Assembly: GCF_000315625.1 (NCBI RefSeq)
Contig: NW_005434654.1
Coordinates: 494,632-558,631, forward strand
DNA length: 64,000 nucleotides
Direction of reading: 5' to 3'
Source of the DNA: Guillardia theta CCMP2712
Lineage: Eukaryota > Protista > Cryptophyta
Positions within the stretch are counted from its first letter, which is position 1. Each line of letters starts with the position of its first letter. The notes under the pieces are model-generated. The model had not been told where the DNA came from, did not search any database, and saw only the letters and a program-made list of their open reading frames with translations. A program made the position numbers and the translations under genes. This document shows, piece after piece, positions 24,560 to 36,266 of the stretch.

Positions 24560-25179
24560 AGGGGGGAAGGAAGTTGCCTGTGAAGTCAAGACGCACGTGT
24601 AGACTAGGATTCAAGAATCTCGATATGTATATTGTAAATAGATGTGAGCATTCCCAGAGTTTGATCGCTTCCTAACTCTCATCACAGCATATCATGGCCA
24701 ACAACACACTTTCAGCACAGGCACAGTAGGATTTCAACAGACTCAGTGAGGAACAAGCGTGCAGTACAAGGTGCGGTCGAGATAGCACAGCGACCAAGAA
24801 TAGATCTTGAAACAGGCAAGTGCTCTGTTCTCAGTGAAAACTCGGCAATGAACTTATGATAAGTTTCCAATTTCTCTTTCCTCGAAGATTTAGCCTGTGC
24901 TTCGGAAGCTCGGAGTTCCGCTGTCACAGCCCGGCCGCTGCCCGCACAGTGCGCTCAGCAGGGCGCGGCCGCAGCACCCGGTCGGTGCAGCGGGAGACCG
25001 TCGGACCGTCCCAGTCTGACCGCTCAAGTCTTCAAGTAGTCATGTTCATTCCTGAAAGTTGAGGTTACCGCCGAGCCTTCAAGCCGAGCCGGCCGCACGG
25101 CGGCAGCCCTGAAGTCACCCGGTACGGTAGGCGTTTCCGACAGTCACTTACAATAGCGATCCAGATCGGGAGCTGGTGG

Positions 25180-25455
25180 ATGTCTCCCTTCCTCCAATCG
25201 ATTGTGAGCTTGTTGAGGAGGAGGAGGGCGGTGACGAAACCATCGACCGACCTGCAGAGACCCGTGGAGACGGAAGAAGCAGACTTCATATGCCAGCAAC
25301 GTGAGAATGTCTTGATGGAAGAATACGAGGGACGATTCTCTGAGTGGCAACGGTCATGGATGACTGTATCAGACCTACTGAGGCCTTCGAAGCAGGCCGC
25401 ATGGATATCGCAGTCAGCTTCAAGAAAACGTAAACGGAATGAGAGATCAACATAG
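25180..25455 (+). CDS. Small hypothetical protein (91 aa, basic C-terminus)
   Basis: ATG ORF with coding-like composition, preceded by a palindromic island like other genes here. Confidence 0.45.
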   Translation: MSPFLQSIVSLLRRRRAVTKPSTDLQRPVETEEADFICQQRENVLMEEYEGRFSEWQRSWMTVSDLLRPSKQAAWISQSASRKRKRNERST

Positions 25456-26079
25456 GAAGGGTGTGAGATGAATGAACATTTCATCATCCGGAGGTATGAA
25501 TGAATGATAACCCGACTCGTACATGCCCGGCGCCCTTCGATGAATGGCATCAAAGGTGATAGTAGAAAGGGAGTGAAATGTCACTGAGTCATCATTGACT
25601 TGATGATGCTAGAATCATCATACACCCTGAAGTTCACCTTTCGCAATCAACAAAGCACAATCTCGAGCTGCAGCATGAACTTCAAGTTTCGGAAGTTCAC
25701 TGATCAATGATGGCCATGAAGCATGTCTCTAGTATCTGATCGGATCATGACGTACTACGGCGGCGTACAACGGCGGAACGGTGATCGGACCATATCGGAA
25801 CTGGAACTTCGGAAGATCACCACTGACAGTACTTCATGTAACATTCGGTGATGGGGAATTTAGGCTTTATGCTGAACTCGCGATCATCATACTGGAGGTG
25901 ACCTACAAGGCGGGGCCCGGCCGGGCGGCCGGCCCGGGCCCTTCGGGAGACTCACTGAGTCAGAGCCTCGCGTCGAAGTTTGTCGAACGGCGCCCGCCTC
26001 GGAGTCGGATGGAAAGCAGCGAGCATGTCGGAGGGATCGCAGGGAGGGGATGTATGAGGAGCGGGCGGGGGACTGAGCG

Positions 26080-27770
26080 ATGTGCTGTGATCGTCCTCCT
26101 ACAAGACTCTTTCTGCTCTCGCTCGCTGCCTATGCTTCTCTCCTTTCCTCCTGTGCGGCGCATGCGCCGGACAATGACTTCGAGGACGTGAAGCTCTCGA
26201 AGCTGGCCTTCGGCTCCTGTAGCAAGCCCTTCTGGCCTCAGCCTCTGTGGGGAGCGATCAGGGAGCAGGCCCCCCAAGTGTATGCTAGTCTGTGCGTCTC
26301 CTGGCACAAGGTGACGGCGGCACAGGTGGCTATGGACGGGGGACGCCGTGTACCTGGGAGGGGATCAGCCCGACGACCTGAAGACGGCCTACCGCTCTCA
26401 GCTGGAGAGAGAGGATTATCGTCAGTTCCTCTCCACGGGAGTGATCGTTGAGGGAGTGTAAGTACTATTCAAAGCTGCGATCCTTTCCCGTGAGCTCCTG
26501 AGCAGCTATGATGATCACGATTACGGGAAGAACGACGCAGGAAAATTTCTCAGAGATCGTGAAGGTTCGTTTCCTCCTGGACGCGTTTTTCTTCTCCTCA
26601 TCCAGTAACATGCTGCTATGCACGTGCAGGCAGCCAGCAGGCCTTCTTGGACTTCATCGGGGTTGATCGCCATTCTGCACGACGTCGTCGGCAGGGATTG
26701 TACTCTTCTCACAATTTTGGAAACTCTACCGACGTGGTCAAGGTTGAAGAGTTCAGTGTGGGTCCTAACAAAGCCTGATGACGGTTCACCTCCAGGTGAT
26801 ACTGCTTGACACTCGCTATCACCGAGACAGTCACTTCATCCCGTCCATCGGCTCCTTCAAGATTCCGTTCTCAGCGTTGGTAGCTGCCTTCACGCGTTGG
26901 CTGTGCGGAACTTTGGGGTTGGGGTTGGATCATGGAGGAGACATCTTGGGAGAGGAGCAGTGGCTCTGGCTTGAGGACGAGCTGAAGAACTCGAGAGCTG
27001 CCGTCCACATCTTGGTCTCATCCATCCAGGTACCTGACAAACTTGACCAACAACACATGATAAGTCGACGCTGTGATGGCAGGTTCTGACCAGCAACAAC
27101 CTTGTCGAATCTTGGAAACACTTTCCTCGCAGCAAACGAAAGCTCTTGGAACTGATTCTCAGGTACCGACCGTCAAACCTGGTCATCCTCTCTGGAGATG
27201 TTCACTTTGCCGAGGTCAGTCTGTTGTGAACAAACCATCTTGCTCGTCTAAGCGACTCTTTCAGCTGTCTGGTCGCCCTGCTGTCGAGGTCACTTCTTCA
27301 GGCATGACGCACACTTGCGCTACTGTTTGGTCAGAATTCCTCGCTCGCCCCTTCTCTCCTCTGATCCACCCGCGCTCGCTATCAGGTGGGGACGAGCCTG
27401 TGGCCCGATAGTTGGAGCATACCAAGAGCACCGGGAGCGTCCAGGCGACTGGTACACAGGCTACAACTTCGGGACTGTCGAAATCGATTGGGGGGGCAGG
27501 GGGAAGGGGATTAAGCCCGTTGTACGTGCCAGCATCCGGAACGTGAACGGGACTGCGGTAAGTGAGTGGAGATCGTGTTTGCGTATGACGAAAGTTCGAC
27601 AGGTAAAATCCATCAGCATTGAGGAGGACCCGAGCAAGGCCCTGAAAGATGCACTAGAAGCCATGGTGCAGGAGAGAGAGCGTGGCGAGGGAAGGATGTA
27701 CTGGACTCTGATGGCGGGTTCTGTTGTGTTGTCAGTCGTCCTGGTGATCATCATGAGGATCCTTCAATAA
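26080..27770 (+). CDS. phoD: PhoD-family alkaline phosphatase, signal peptide plus C-terminal TM anchor
   Basis: LAFGSC, WTGDAVY, YDDHDYGKND, ILLDTRYHRD, ILGEEQWLWLE, ESWKHFP, ILSGDVHFAE, EVTSSGMTH motifs across short introns; terminal hydrophobic helix. Confidence 0.92.
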
Positions 27771-27799
27771 TAAAACATACAATGTGGGCAAAGACGTCA

Positions 27800-28402
27800 T
27801 CAATCGTGCTCGTGCCAACTTTTGCTATTCAACACAACTTGTGTGAGCCTGTCGTCCCACTGTTTGCGCTCATCGGCAAACCTCCTGCGTTCATCCTCCA
27901 GGACCCCCTGGCACTCGGCCAGCTTCACCTGGCACGCCTTCAGCCTCGCCTCCTTCTGGTTGCAGTCTTCCTCCAGCTCGTGGCACTTGCTTCGTAGCGA
28001 TCGGACGAGGGAGATCAGAGTGAGCTTCTCAGAAAACTCCTCCTGTCGCGAAGACAGGCTGTCCTCTGAAAGCTTGCACCACAGCAAGGTCTTCTCCCCC
28101 CTGAGCGCCTTCAGCTCGGAGATCTTCTGCTCGATTGTTCGCTTCTGCACGGGGCTGATGCCCGCAGGCCTTAGCGCCGGCTCGATCAGCATGGCGGGGG
28201 CCTCCGGCATCGGCTTCGGCGAGCTCTTCATTGCCGTGCGGTACCTCTGGCAGTCAAGTTTACTTATCACCTTATTTTTAGTTATCGTGGGGGCGGTACT
28301 GCTGATTGATTGTGGGCCAAAAAAAAAGTCAAGAAGAGGATGAAGAGACATGGCTGAGACTGAAATGAACAAAGGTGGCAGACCAGTCTCTGTAGCCTCC
28401 AT
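27800..28402 (-). CDS. Hypothetical coiled-coil protein
   Basis: 200-aa ORF with C-terminal heptads (LRSKCHELEEDCNQKEARLKACQVKLAE); start and a possible intron are uncertain. Confidence 0.6.
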   Translation of the reverse strand: MEATETGLPPLFISVSAMSLHPLLDFFFGPQSISSTAPTITKNKVISKLDCQRYRTAMKSSPKPMPEAPAMLIEPALRPAGISPVQKRTIEQKISELKALRGEKTLLWCKLSEDSLSSRQEEFSEKLTLISLVRSLRSKCHELEEDCNQKEARLKACQVKLAECQGVLEDERRRFADERKQWDDRLTQVVLNSKSWHEHD

Positions 28403-28415
28403 GGCGAGAGAGGGA

Positions 28416-28416
<1 letters not shown>

Positions 28417-28452
<36 letters not shown>
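28417..28452. repeat. (AGGC)9 microsatellite
   Basis: Directly visible. Confidence 0.95.
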
Positions 28453-28454
<2 letters not shown>

Positions 28455-28632
28455 AGGTCGAGACAGAAACAGAGTCAAGTCGAAGTTTGAATACAAGATT
28501 GCGTTGAGGGCAGGGAGCTCCCATTACGACTGTAACAGGAAGGGCAGTAAAGGATCATAGCACATGAGCATGTGTAGCAGCAGGAACCAGAAGATAAGAT
28601 GTAGAAGAGGAAATTACCTTGAATCATGATCT

Positions 28633-31600
28633 ATGTCTGACCTGAAACCATGTTTGAATGATGTGATGAATCTGCATACCTGACCATACTCACGTTCACG
28701 ACGATCTAGCCGATAACATGAGTTTACTCTGCTTTTCAAGATTGTCTGACTGCGGTTAGCAGTCCGACTTGACTCTAGGGAGATGGTGGTCAACAACGCC
28801 GGAGTCCACGCTGTGATCGAGCACGATCGGAATGGTGAAGGATACCAAATCTCCTCTGTCCTCCGTGGAGGACAGATCGCTCGACGAGTCGTTCCCATGG
28901 ACACGCTGATCTCCGTAGACGGAGTTGCAGTCTACGGGCTGCCGATCGCGCAGGTGAAGAGCCCGAAAGTGCATTCTAGACCTGAGGATGTCGAAAACCT
29001 AGGTTAAGAGCATGATCCGCGGGCCGGAGGGAAGTGCGATCCGACTGCTGTAGAGTGACGCTGGAGTGCGAGTAGATGTAGTTGATGAGTTTTGACAGGC
29101 TCTCCCGCCCCGGCGTTGGATCCTTCGAGACGACCATCTTCAGAACCTCGTCGGAGCTGCAGGACACGCAGCTTTGCCTGCTCCAGGTATCTGCCTCGGC
29201 CTCTGCCTCTGCCTCTGCCTCTGCCTCTGCCTCCTCGGTCGCAACCGCGGGGCTCGACCCACTGATGCTCGCTGAACGCAGGAGATCAACAGCATGTTGA
29301 CATGCCAAGATGATCCTGTAGGCTCCTTGACCTCGCGGCTGAGCACTTACGTTTGAGTCTTGCAACAGAACGATCCGGCTTCGGTGTACGAGACCATGAT
29401 ACAGGTGCTCAACTGACATCTTCGCATCTCCTCCACTGAAATCACTGTGCCGCCAGAACTCGTGGCGAAACAAAGACAGCATGGATGGCAAGATGTACAT
29501 GTCCGTGGTCGAGCTGATCAGGTCACGAAGACTCCCTGGCTCCCTTTGCTGACAATAGACGCGCAGAGAACTGAAGAAGCAACTCATCATGGGGGCGTCA
29601 GAGAGCGAGATGAAAGAGACGATCACGCGGCTGCAGCTCGAGCTCGCCAGTGCAAACCTTGTGCGTCATGATAGCGAGAAGCGGGGAAGGGGCAACAGGG
29701 ACTGTGGAGGCGGTGGAAGTGGAAGAGCAGGACTGGGGACGGGGGGGGGGATGGCGGGAAGGAGAAAGAGTTTGACCCTGTGTGTGCAGACGACAACTCA
29801 GATGAGGAAAGAGATGAAGGATCGAGAATATCAGGAGGTGATGGGTGATACGAGCTCGGCCCTGCTCTGCTCATCGTCCTTTGGCAGATCGTTCCTGTCA
29901 CCATGACGATCCGCTACCGTCTAGACGAGCTGCAAGAAGACACGGAGCGGTGAGCCGTCGGGAACGGGAATGGTAGGAGGCTCTGACGACGGCGACGACG
30001 CAGGCGCCAGGCGTTCAAGCGAGAGCTGCAGGAGGAGATCAGCAAGGCTTGGAGCTAAGAAAGAGGGACTATCAAGCTGACCTTGTCCTCAGTCGCTCGA
30101 GACCAACCTGGGAAGGATCGAGATCATTGGGATGCACGCTTCCCAGGACACGGACCCGGTCTGATCTCCCAGGAGAAGGGAGGTTGAGAGTGAAGGGGTT
30201 TTGTTGGGCAGATGTTGGACGTCGACATCCTCGTCCTGCCGGACCTCAAGTCCAACTCAGACGTTTCCAAGAGCCCCAGGTCCACAATGCCTCAGCCTCG
30301 AGAGCTGAAAAGGAGCTGGGAATGACTCCCGGCCTTGCAGCCAGCTGGCAACAGAATTGCTCGATCTGACCAGGGACACCAACAGCTCTTTGTACCAAAA
30401 ACGGTGAATACGACTACTACTAGGAGTAGTCCCCTTCTCCTCGTACTCTCCTCCTCTCCTACTCTCCTACTCTCCACCACCTCCTCCTCCTTCATCCTAA
30501 CCTCCTCGGGTGATGATTTCTCCCTCCTTCATCATCCTACTTGTACTAGTGGGGCTCACACTTTCGCAGGATCTGCTCGAAATGCACTCGCGCGTCTCTT
30601 CGCACCCTCTACGAATTCTTCAACAGGCTCAAGTCGACCATCCAGCAGCTTCAGGCGAGGACCCGATGATCTCCCAGCTGTCTGCCTGCTGAGCTCTGTA
30701 TAGGAGGAGCTGCTGATGTTCCGGGGGGTCAAACAGCCGCCGACAGCTGAAAACTCGTCTGAGCTGGAGGCTGCGCGCCGCGAGATCGCGACCCTCAGAC
30801 AGGAAAGTTGGAGGAGGAGGAGGAGGAGGAGGAGGAGGAGTTTGACAAGGGAGCAGGAGGTCAAGGACCGCGATGATCGTCTGCGAGAGCTGCTGGCGCT
30901 GTCAAATCAAAACCTGTCGCAGGTCCTGGGGAGGGAGGAAGCGAGTCTGTCCTGACGTGATGCGCCAGTACGAGCTTGAGCGAGACAAACACCTCCGAGC
31001 ATCCGCCGCCTACACGAGCCTGGTGACGACCAGGGAGCAGGAGGCACAGGAAATTCTCCTACTCCAGGTGACGAGACTCCCTCCTTCAAGTCCTCGTTAC
31101 TCACTCCCTATCCCCTCCCTCCCCGATCTCTTCCGTCCTCCGTCGCTTGCCTACCTGTCTACTGTTTCCCTCACTCCTTTGCATCCCTCCGCTTTCTCCT
31201 CGCCTCTCCTGCTCTCCTCCTCTTCCTCCTCGTCCTTGCTCTTTGGCACTGGCTGATGGCGGAACGCAGAGGAAGGTCGAGGCTGCTAACGAGGACCGGG
31301 AGAAACTCAGTGCGGAAGTATCGCTGCTCCCCCCCCCCACATTCGCACAGTGACCTTGACTTGCTCAAGATCAATCGTCTGCGCGACATGCTGTGGTCAG
31401 CTGCCAACCAGCGGCAGGTAGACATCCTTAGTGTGAGAGGAGGAGGGGCAGAGAAGCGAGGTGGGACAGGGAAGGTGGGAGGTTGTGGAGTGTAGGAGAA
31501 AGAACAGAGTGGGGAAAGAACAGAGGTAAGGAGAGAGGTAAGGGGTAAAAGGATACCCTAGGAGAGTACAGAGGAGAGGAGAGAGGGGACCAACATTCCT

Positions 31601-31777
31601 CACCCACGAGGCAGGAGGTCGAGCAGCAGCTGGAGGATCTTCGCAAGGTTGAGGAGGAGGAGGAGGAGGAGGAAGAGGAGATCATGGCTGCCTGACAATC
31701 GCATGACATCAGCTTAATGGCTCCTTATCCACCAAGAACGAACTACTAGACAAGGTCTCTTTCACCCTCCCTCCCTC

Positions 31778-31848
<71 letters not shown>

Positions 31849-32364
31849 GAGCATGCAGGAACTGGCTGCTCTCCGACTGTCCGAGGCGCATGCGCGAGCC
31901 AACGCGGCGTCGGAGATCCAGCGGGAGCGAGAGACTTCCGCCAACTTCGCGCTTGAGACGCAGAAACTTCAAGTTCGTCCTCCTCCTCTTCCACCTTCTC
32001 CCCAGCTGAGAGCCCCCACAGGTGCAGAGCAAACAGCTGCAAGAGGAGGCCATCAAGTACTACGAGGTCGAAGGAGGAGAGGGGCAGAGGAGGAGGAGGA
32101 GAAGGAGGAGGAGGAGGAGGAGGAGGAGGAGGGTCATGCGCCCTCAGCTACTTGGCAGACTCGCTTCAAAGCACTGGAGAACCTGCCGGCTGAGCTGCAG
32201 AAGGTGAGGAGGAGGAGCGAGGAGACGTCCGTCATGCTGGTGCAGGTCAAGATGGATTACGCGGAACTTGAGCAGAAGGTAGGTTGCAATAACTCTGTGT
32301 CGAAATGCGACGAAGATGACGAAGAAGAGATTTGGGCTAGAGCATCTGCGGATGAGGAAGCGGG

Positions 32365-32406
<42 letters not shown>

Positions 32407-34614
32407 CTAAGAGGAGAGGAGGGGGCAGACAGGAGCAGGAGCAAGTGGTTGGGGGTAGGAGGGAGAGAGAGAGAGAGATCAGGAGGGGATTGACCTTCAT
32501 TCTACAGTATACTGTGCTTGTGACGGAATGCGAGTCGTTGAAGAGGACCGTGGAGATGTTGGAGCTCGAGAAGAAGCAGGTTCCCCCTCCAGCCGCTCCT
32601 CTGTCTCTGTTCTCAGCTCTCTGCCTCCAGCTGCTCGGCTACAGGTACGAGAGGGACGTGCTGGCCAACGAGCTGGAGGCCCTCAAGAAGAGCTCGGCAG
32701 GTGGGGGCGAGCTGTGAAATTTCCCCTTCGTGTCCCCTCACCCGCGCGCAGAGACGCAAGTGAGGCTGCAGGAGACGATCAAGGAGCTCCAGGTAGAGGG
32801 AGGCTGGTGGGGGGCCAGGCAGCCCCCAGCTGACATCCAGCAGGCCGAGGTGGCTCGCTTGCAGACGCAGTGCCTCCAGATCCCTCCGCTCCAGCAGAGG
32901 ATCCACCAGGTGCAGTGCCAGGCGCCTCTGACGCCGGTTGACAACATCCCGAGCAGCTCGAGATGGAGAAGATTGAGAGTGTGAAGGCGCTCGAACGGTC
33001 GCTCCAAGAGGCTCTGCGGGCCCGGTAGATCGATCCTCCTCCTCCTCCCGCGCTACAGACCCTCTCGTTTCCCCTCCTTGCTCCTTGCTCCTCTCGTTCA
33101 CCTCTCTTCCCCTCCCTTCCCCTCCCCTCCCCTCCCCTCCTCTCTCTCCCTTCTCCTTTACCTCCTCTCCTCTCCTCTCCCTCCCTTCTCTTTCATTTTC
33201 CCCTCTCCTCTCTTCTCCCCTCCCCTCCTCTCCCTTCTATTTCTCTCTCCTCTCCCTCCGCTTCCTTCACCGGGCGTGCAGGGACGACCTGGCTCAGCAC
33301 GTGGCAGCCAAGGGCATCGAGATCGACAAGCTGAGCAAGGAGGTCGAGAGGCTGCACAACGAAGTCCACCTTAGGTCTCCTCCTCCCCCAGCAGCGCCGG
33401 CATGCTCACCTTGTCTCCTGCTCCTTCCAGGGATACCGATATCATCTCACTACGATCGCACATCCAGACTCTCAGCAGGTGACGCCTCCTGCCCCTACCA
33501 GGCTCCTCCCCGTGCGCTGAGCCGCCTTTCCTCCCCCGCAGGGAGCTCGAGGAGACGAAGCCTCTGATCAAGAGCGTCCCAGCCCTGACACAGCGCAAGG
33601 ACCAGCTGGAAGCTCATGTGAGCAGGAGAGGGGGCAGGACTAGGAGGAGAAGGGAGAGCGGGAGGAAGGAGGAGAAGGGAGAGCGGGAGGAAGGAGGAGG
33701 AGGGAGAGTGGGAGGAAGGAGGAGGAGGGAGAGCGGGAGGAAGGAGGAGGAGGCAGAGCGGGAGGAAGGAGGAGGAGGATCGGGCGGGTTGTCATCTTAT
33801 GTTGCTGTGCAGGTGAACACGCTCAACGGACACCTGGAGAAGATCAAGCAGCAGTCGCTGACCGCTCATGCCGAGTACGTCAGGCTGCAGAACGAGAACG
33901 AGGAGAGCAAGTCGCTCCTTGATCGACATCATGACGCTCTCTGCTCAGATCTTGAAGCGAGAGGCCGTAGGCATGAGGAACGTCTTCTCGCTGAATGAGC
34001 AGGAGAAGAAGGTGAGGACGAGGTCACGAGCGGTCGGCTGCTGACGTCACCACAGGCCATGAGTGATCAACTGCTACGATACAAGGAGCTGTTGGAGTGC
34101 GTGCTTGACCCTCGAACCCATGCATCTTCACCCGTCCTTCGAAATCTCACATCGTTTCTTTCTCTTGCTTGCTTCCCCTAGTCAAGTCACCTCCCCTCCC
34201 CTCCCCTCCCCTCCCCTCCCCTCCCATCTTCCCTTCCCCTCGTCTAACTTGCTTGCTTCAGGAGTCAGAAGGGCACAGAGGAAGTACTGGGCAAGGACAG
34301 GGACGCCCTGCAGTCTCAAATCTCCATCCTCAACGCTGAGATGTACGTCCGCACGTGCCATCGCTTCCCATGACTTGCAGCAGAGAGGCTCTCCGCCGGA
34401 GCATCATGAAGGTCGACGGTCACGGGATCAATCCCATCTCCCAAGGCTACCCCATCTGATCTCAGCGACGCCATCCATGGCGAGTGTCTCTCTCCCTCTG
34501 CCCTCTCCCTGTCCTCTTGTCTCGCTTCCTCTGCTTCACCTCGACATGTTGGCGAAGCTCAAGGGAGGCACGTGGGTCCGCGAGCTCCCGACGAATCCTA
34601 TGCCGGGGATGTAG
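28633..34614 (+). CDS. PDZ-domain plus long coiled-coil protein with ~30 short introns
   Basis: PDZ-like YQISSVLRGGQIARRVVPMDTLISVDGVAVYGLPIAQ|VKSMIRGPEGSAIRLL, followed by many E/Q/L/K-rich exons traced in frame to ...ELPTNPMPGM*. Start is approximate. Confidence 0.75.
31778..31848. repeat. Intronic (TCA)n microsatellite, ~23 units
   Basis: Directly visible. Confidence 0.97.
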
Positions 34615-36266
34615 CGGGGGATGGAACGAGTGTCGGAGATGGGAGAGGCTTCGAGGTTTGACAGCCTGCTCAGGTCGGGGGTGCGAGGGGAAGCAGCCTT
34701 CGCGTAGCTCTCGGAGAAGTCGTGGAGAAAGCGAGTCTCTCCCGTCCAACGGTCGAAGGCCAGCGCGAGGGCCTGGAGCTTCAGCTTCTCGAGGAGGCGA
34801 GAGAACGACGTGTTCATCCTGAGCTTGTTCTGGCATAGCGAGCACCAGCGTTGGAAGCAACTGTTCTGCAATGAAAACGCCATCTGCAAGCAGCGTTCGG
34901 CAGCCGAGAGGTCGATTGATCGCTTCCCGTCTTCTTCACTTGATCTCCATCTCGCCAAGACGTCTCTGAGAATCGACTGAGAGAAGCGAGAAGCCCTAGC
35001 GTCAAGAAGGCTCCTCCTCTCCCTCTCTTCCTCCATCCAGGCCTCCCACCTCCTGAACGACTGCGTCATCATCCGTCTCTGCCGCACCAGCACCAGCCTC
35101 CTCCTCACGCTCGCGCTCTGTCGGCGCCACGTCGTCAGACTCCGCCAGTGAGTCAGCGACCGCAAGCCCAGGAGGCTCCATCCAAGTTCGGTACCAGCCG
35201 ACCAGCCAACTTCATGCTCGGCTTCTTCCTTGTAGCCACCGAGCGCGTCGAGAGCCAGGCGCAGAAGCCTCGCGCGAGCTCTGGTCTGAATCTTGTAGAG
35301 CACAACACGCAGAAAGGCTTCGTGCCTGTGCCATTCACTCCACTGATCGAAGGCAAGCGACTTGCAGCGTTGAGCTTGTCGTTCTTGCAGGAAGATCGAC
35401 AGAGAATGTACAATACTCTCTCTGCTTTGGCCTTTGGCTTTGTGTTGCGAAGGAGGTGACGGAGGTTTCTCATAAACTTTAGAAGCTAGCCATCTCACGT
35501 ACTCGGTCATGGAGTTTTGTTCTTGAATCCATCTTTCCTGGTCCGTCTTTGCAACCCGGCTATCTTTCGAGGTCATGGCACCTTTCGCGTCTTGATTTTG
35601 AGGTTTACTGGCAACATGACCATTGCAAAGAGAGGCGCTGATGAGAACTCCTTCATCTTGCTCCAGCCACTTCCTGCTGGAGAACTCGATGTTGTGCTTC
35701 GGCAACAGATCGTTTCCTCGCTGCAAGTCAGTCGACGTAGTCTTTGACAGGTTCTCCTCCCACTGAGACAGCGTCTGCTTCAGGTTTGCGCAGATTCGCT
35801 TCTGCCCTTCGATCCTTCTCTTGAGATCGTCGAGCATCTTGCATCCATTCATGACTTGCGCCTCCAGCTCGCCCGTCCGACCCAGCGAGTCCGAGTGGCT
35901 CTGTTTCAACCTCGAGAGCATGTCAGACATGTTCAAAGCCTCGTGAGCCAGAGCTGAGTCGTCATGCTGTGAGCTGGGGGACTGGAGGGTTTCTGACCTC
36001 CTGGTCTGTTGCAGCCACGTGCTGAGCTCTGCCATGTCCCTCGTGCTATCCATCATGGACGAACCTGTCGACATGTCCAGGTTGTTGCGGAAGAAGTAGC
36101 TCAGGCTCACGTTCGACTGCTCCTGCCCCGCAGCTGGGGCCACAAAGGCATGCACGGACAGCGAGAGGTTCAGCTCCTTGCCTTGCAACCTTGGATCATC
36201 GGCCGGCATCTCGCATGTTGTGAGCTCCGAGGTGTGGCAGAACGAGCGCTTGCAGCAAGCAGCCAA
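34536..36266 (-). CDS. Coiled-coil protein with Sfi1-like Trp repeats (putative centrin-binding)
   Basis: 576-codon ORF with periodic L..F..W motifs: LAFDQWSEW, SLTHWRS, QSFRRWEAW, DVLARWRS, SCFQRWCS, LAFDRWT. The true start is probably in a small upstream exon (~36.4 kb). Confidence 0.65.
   Translation of the reverse strand: MAACCKRSFCHTSELTTCEMPADDPRLQGKELNLSLSVHAFVAPAAGQEQSNVSLSYFFRNNLDMSTGSSMMDSTRDMAELSTWLQQTRRSETLQSPSSQHDDSALAHEALNMSDMLSRLKQSHSDSLGRTGELEAQVMNGCKMLDDLKRRIEGQKRICANLKQTLSQWEENLSKTTSTDLQRGNDLLPKHNIEFSSRKWLEQDEGVLISASLCNGHVASKPQNQDAKGAMTSKDSRVAKTDQERWIQEQNSMTEYVRWLASKVYEKPPSPPSQHKAKGQSRESIVHSLSIFLQERQAQRCKSLAFDQWSEWHRHEAFLRVVLYKIQTRARARLLRLALDALGGYKEEAEHEVGWSAGTELGWSLLGLRSLTHWRSLTTWRRQSASVRRRLVLVRQRRMMTQSFRRWEAWMEEERERRSLLDARASRFSQSILRDVLARWRSSEEDGKRSIDLSAAERCLQMAFSLQNSCFQRWCSLCQNKLRMNTSFSRLLEKLKLQALALAFDRWTGETRFLHDFSESYAKAASPRTPDLSRLSNLEASPISDTRSIPRYIPGIGFVGSSRTHVPPLSFANMSR

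Larger units (their letters stand above)
16723..24606 (+). repeat. Tandem gene array: three ~1448-bp type-A units, a chimeric truncated unit, then type-B units (~1053 bp period)
   Basis: Near-identical core ORF at 16857, 18305, 19753 (1448 period), 20871 (truncated), 22216, 23269, 24323 (1053/1054 period). Confidence 0.97.

Noticed and set aside
16723-24606. Array as LTR retrotransposon, rDNA/5S or snRNA/spliced-leader cluster
   Set aside because: No gag/pol/transposase frame, TIR or TSD, and no recognisable structural RNA. Conservation tracks the small ORF.
31746-32500. Poly-Met, poly-Asp, poly-Arg and poly-Leu ORFs
   Set aside because: Translations of intronic microsatellites.
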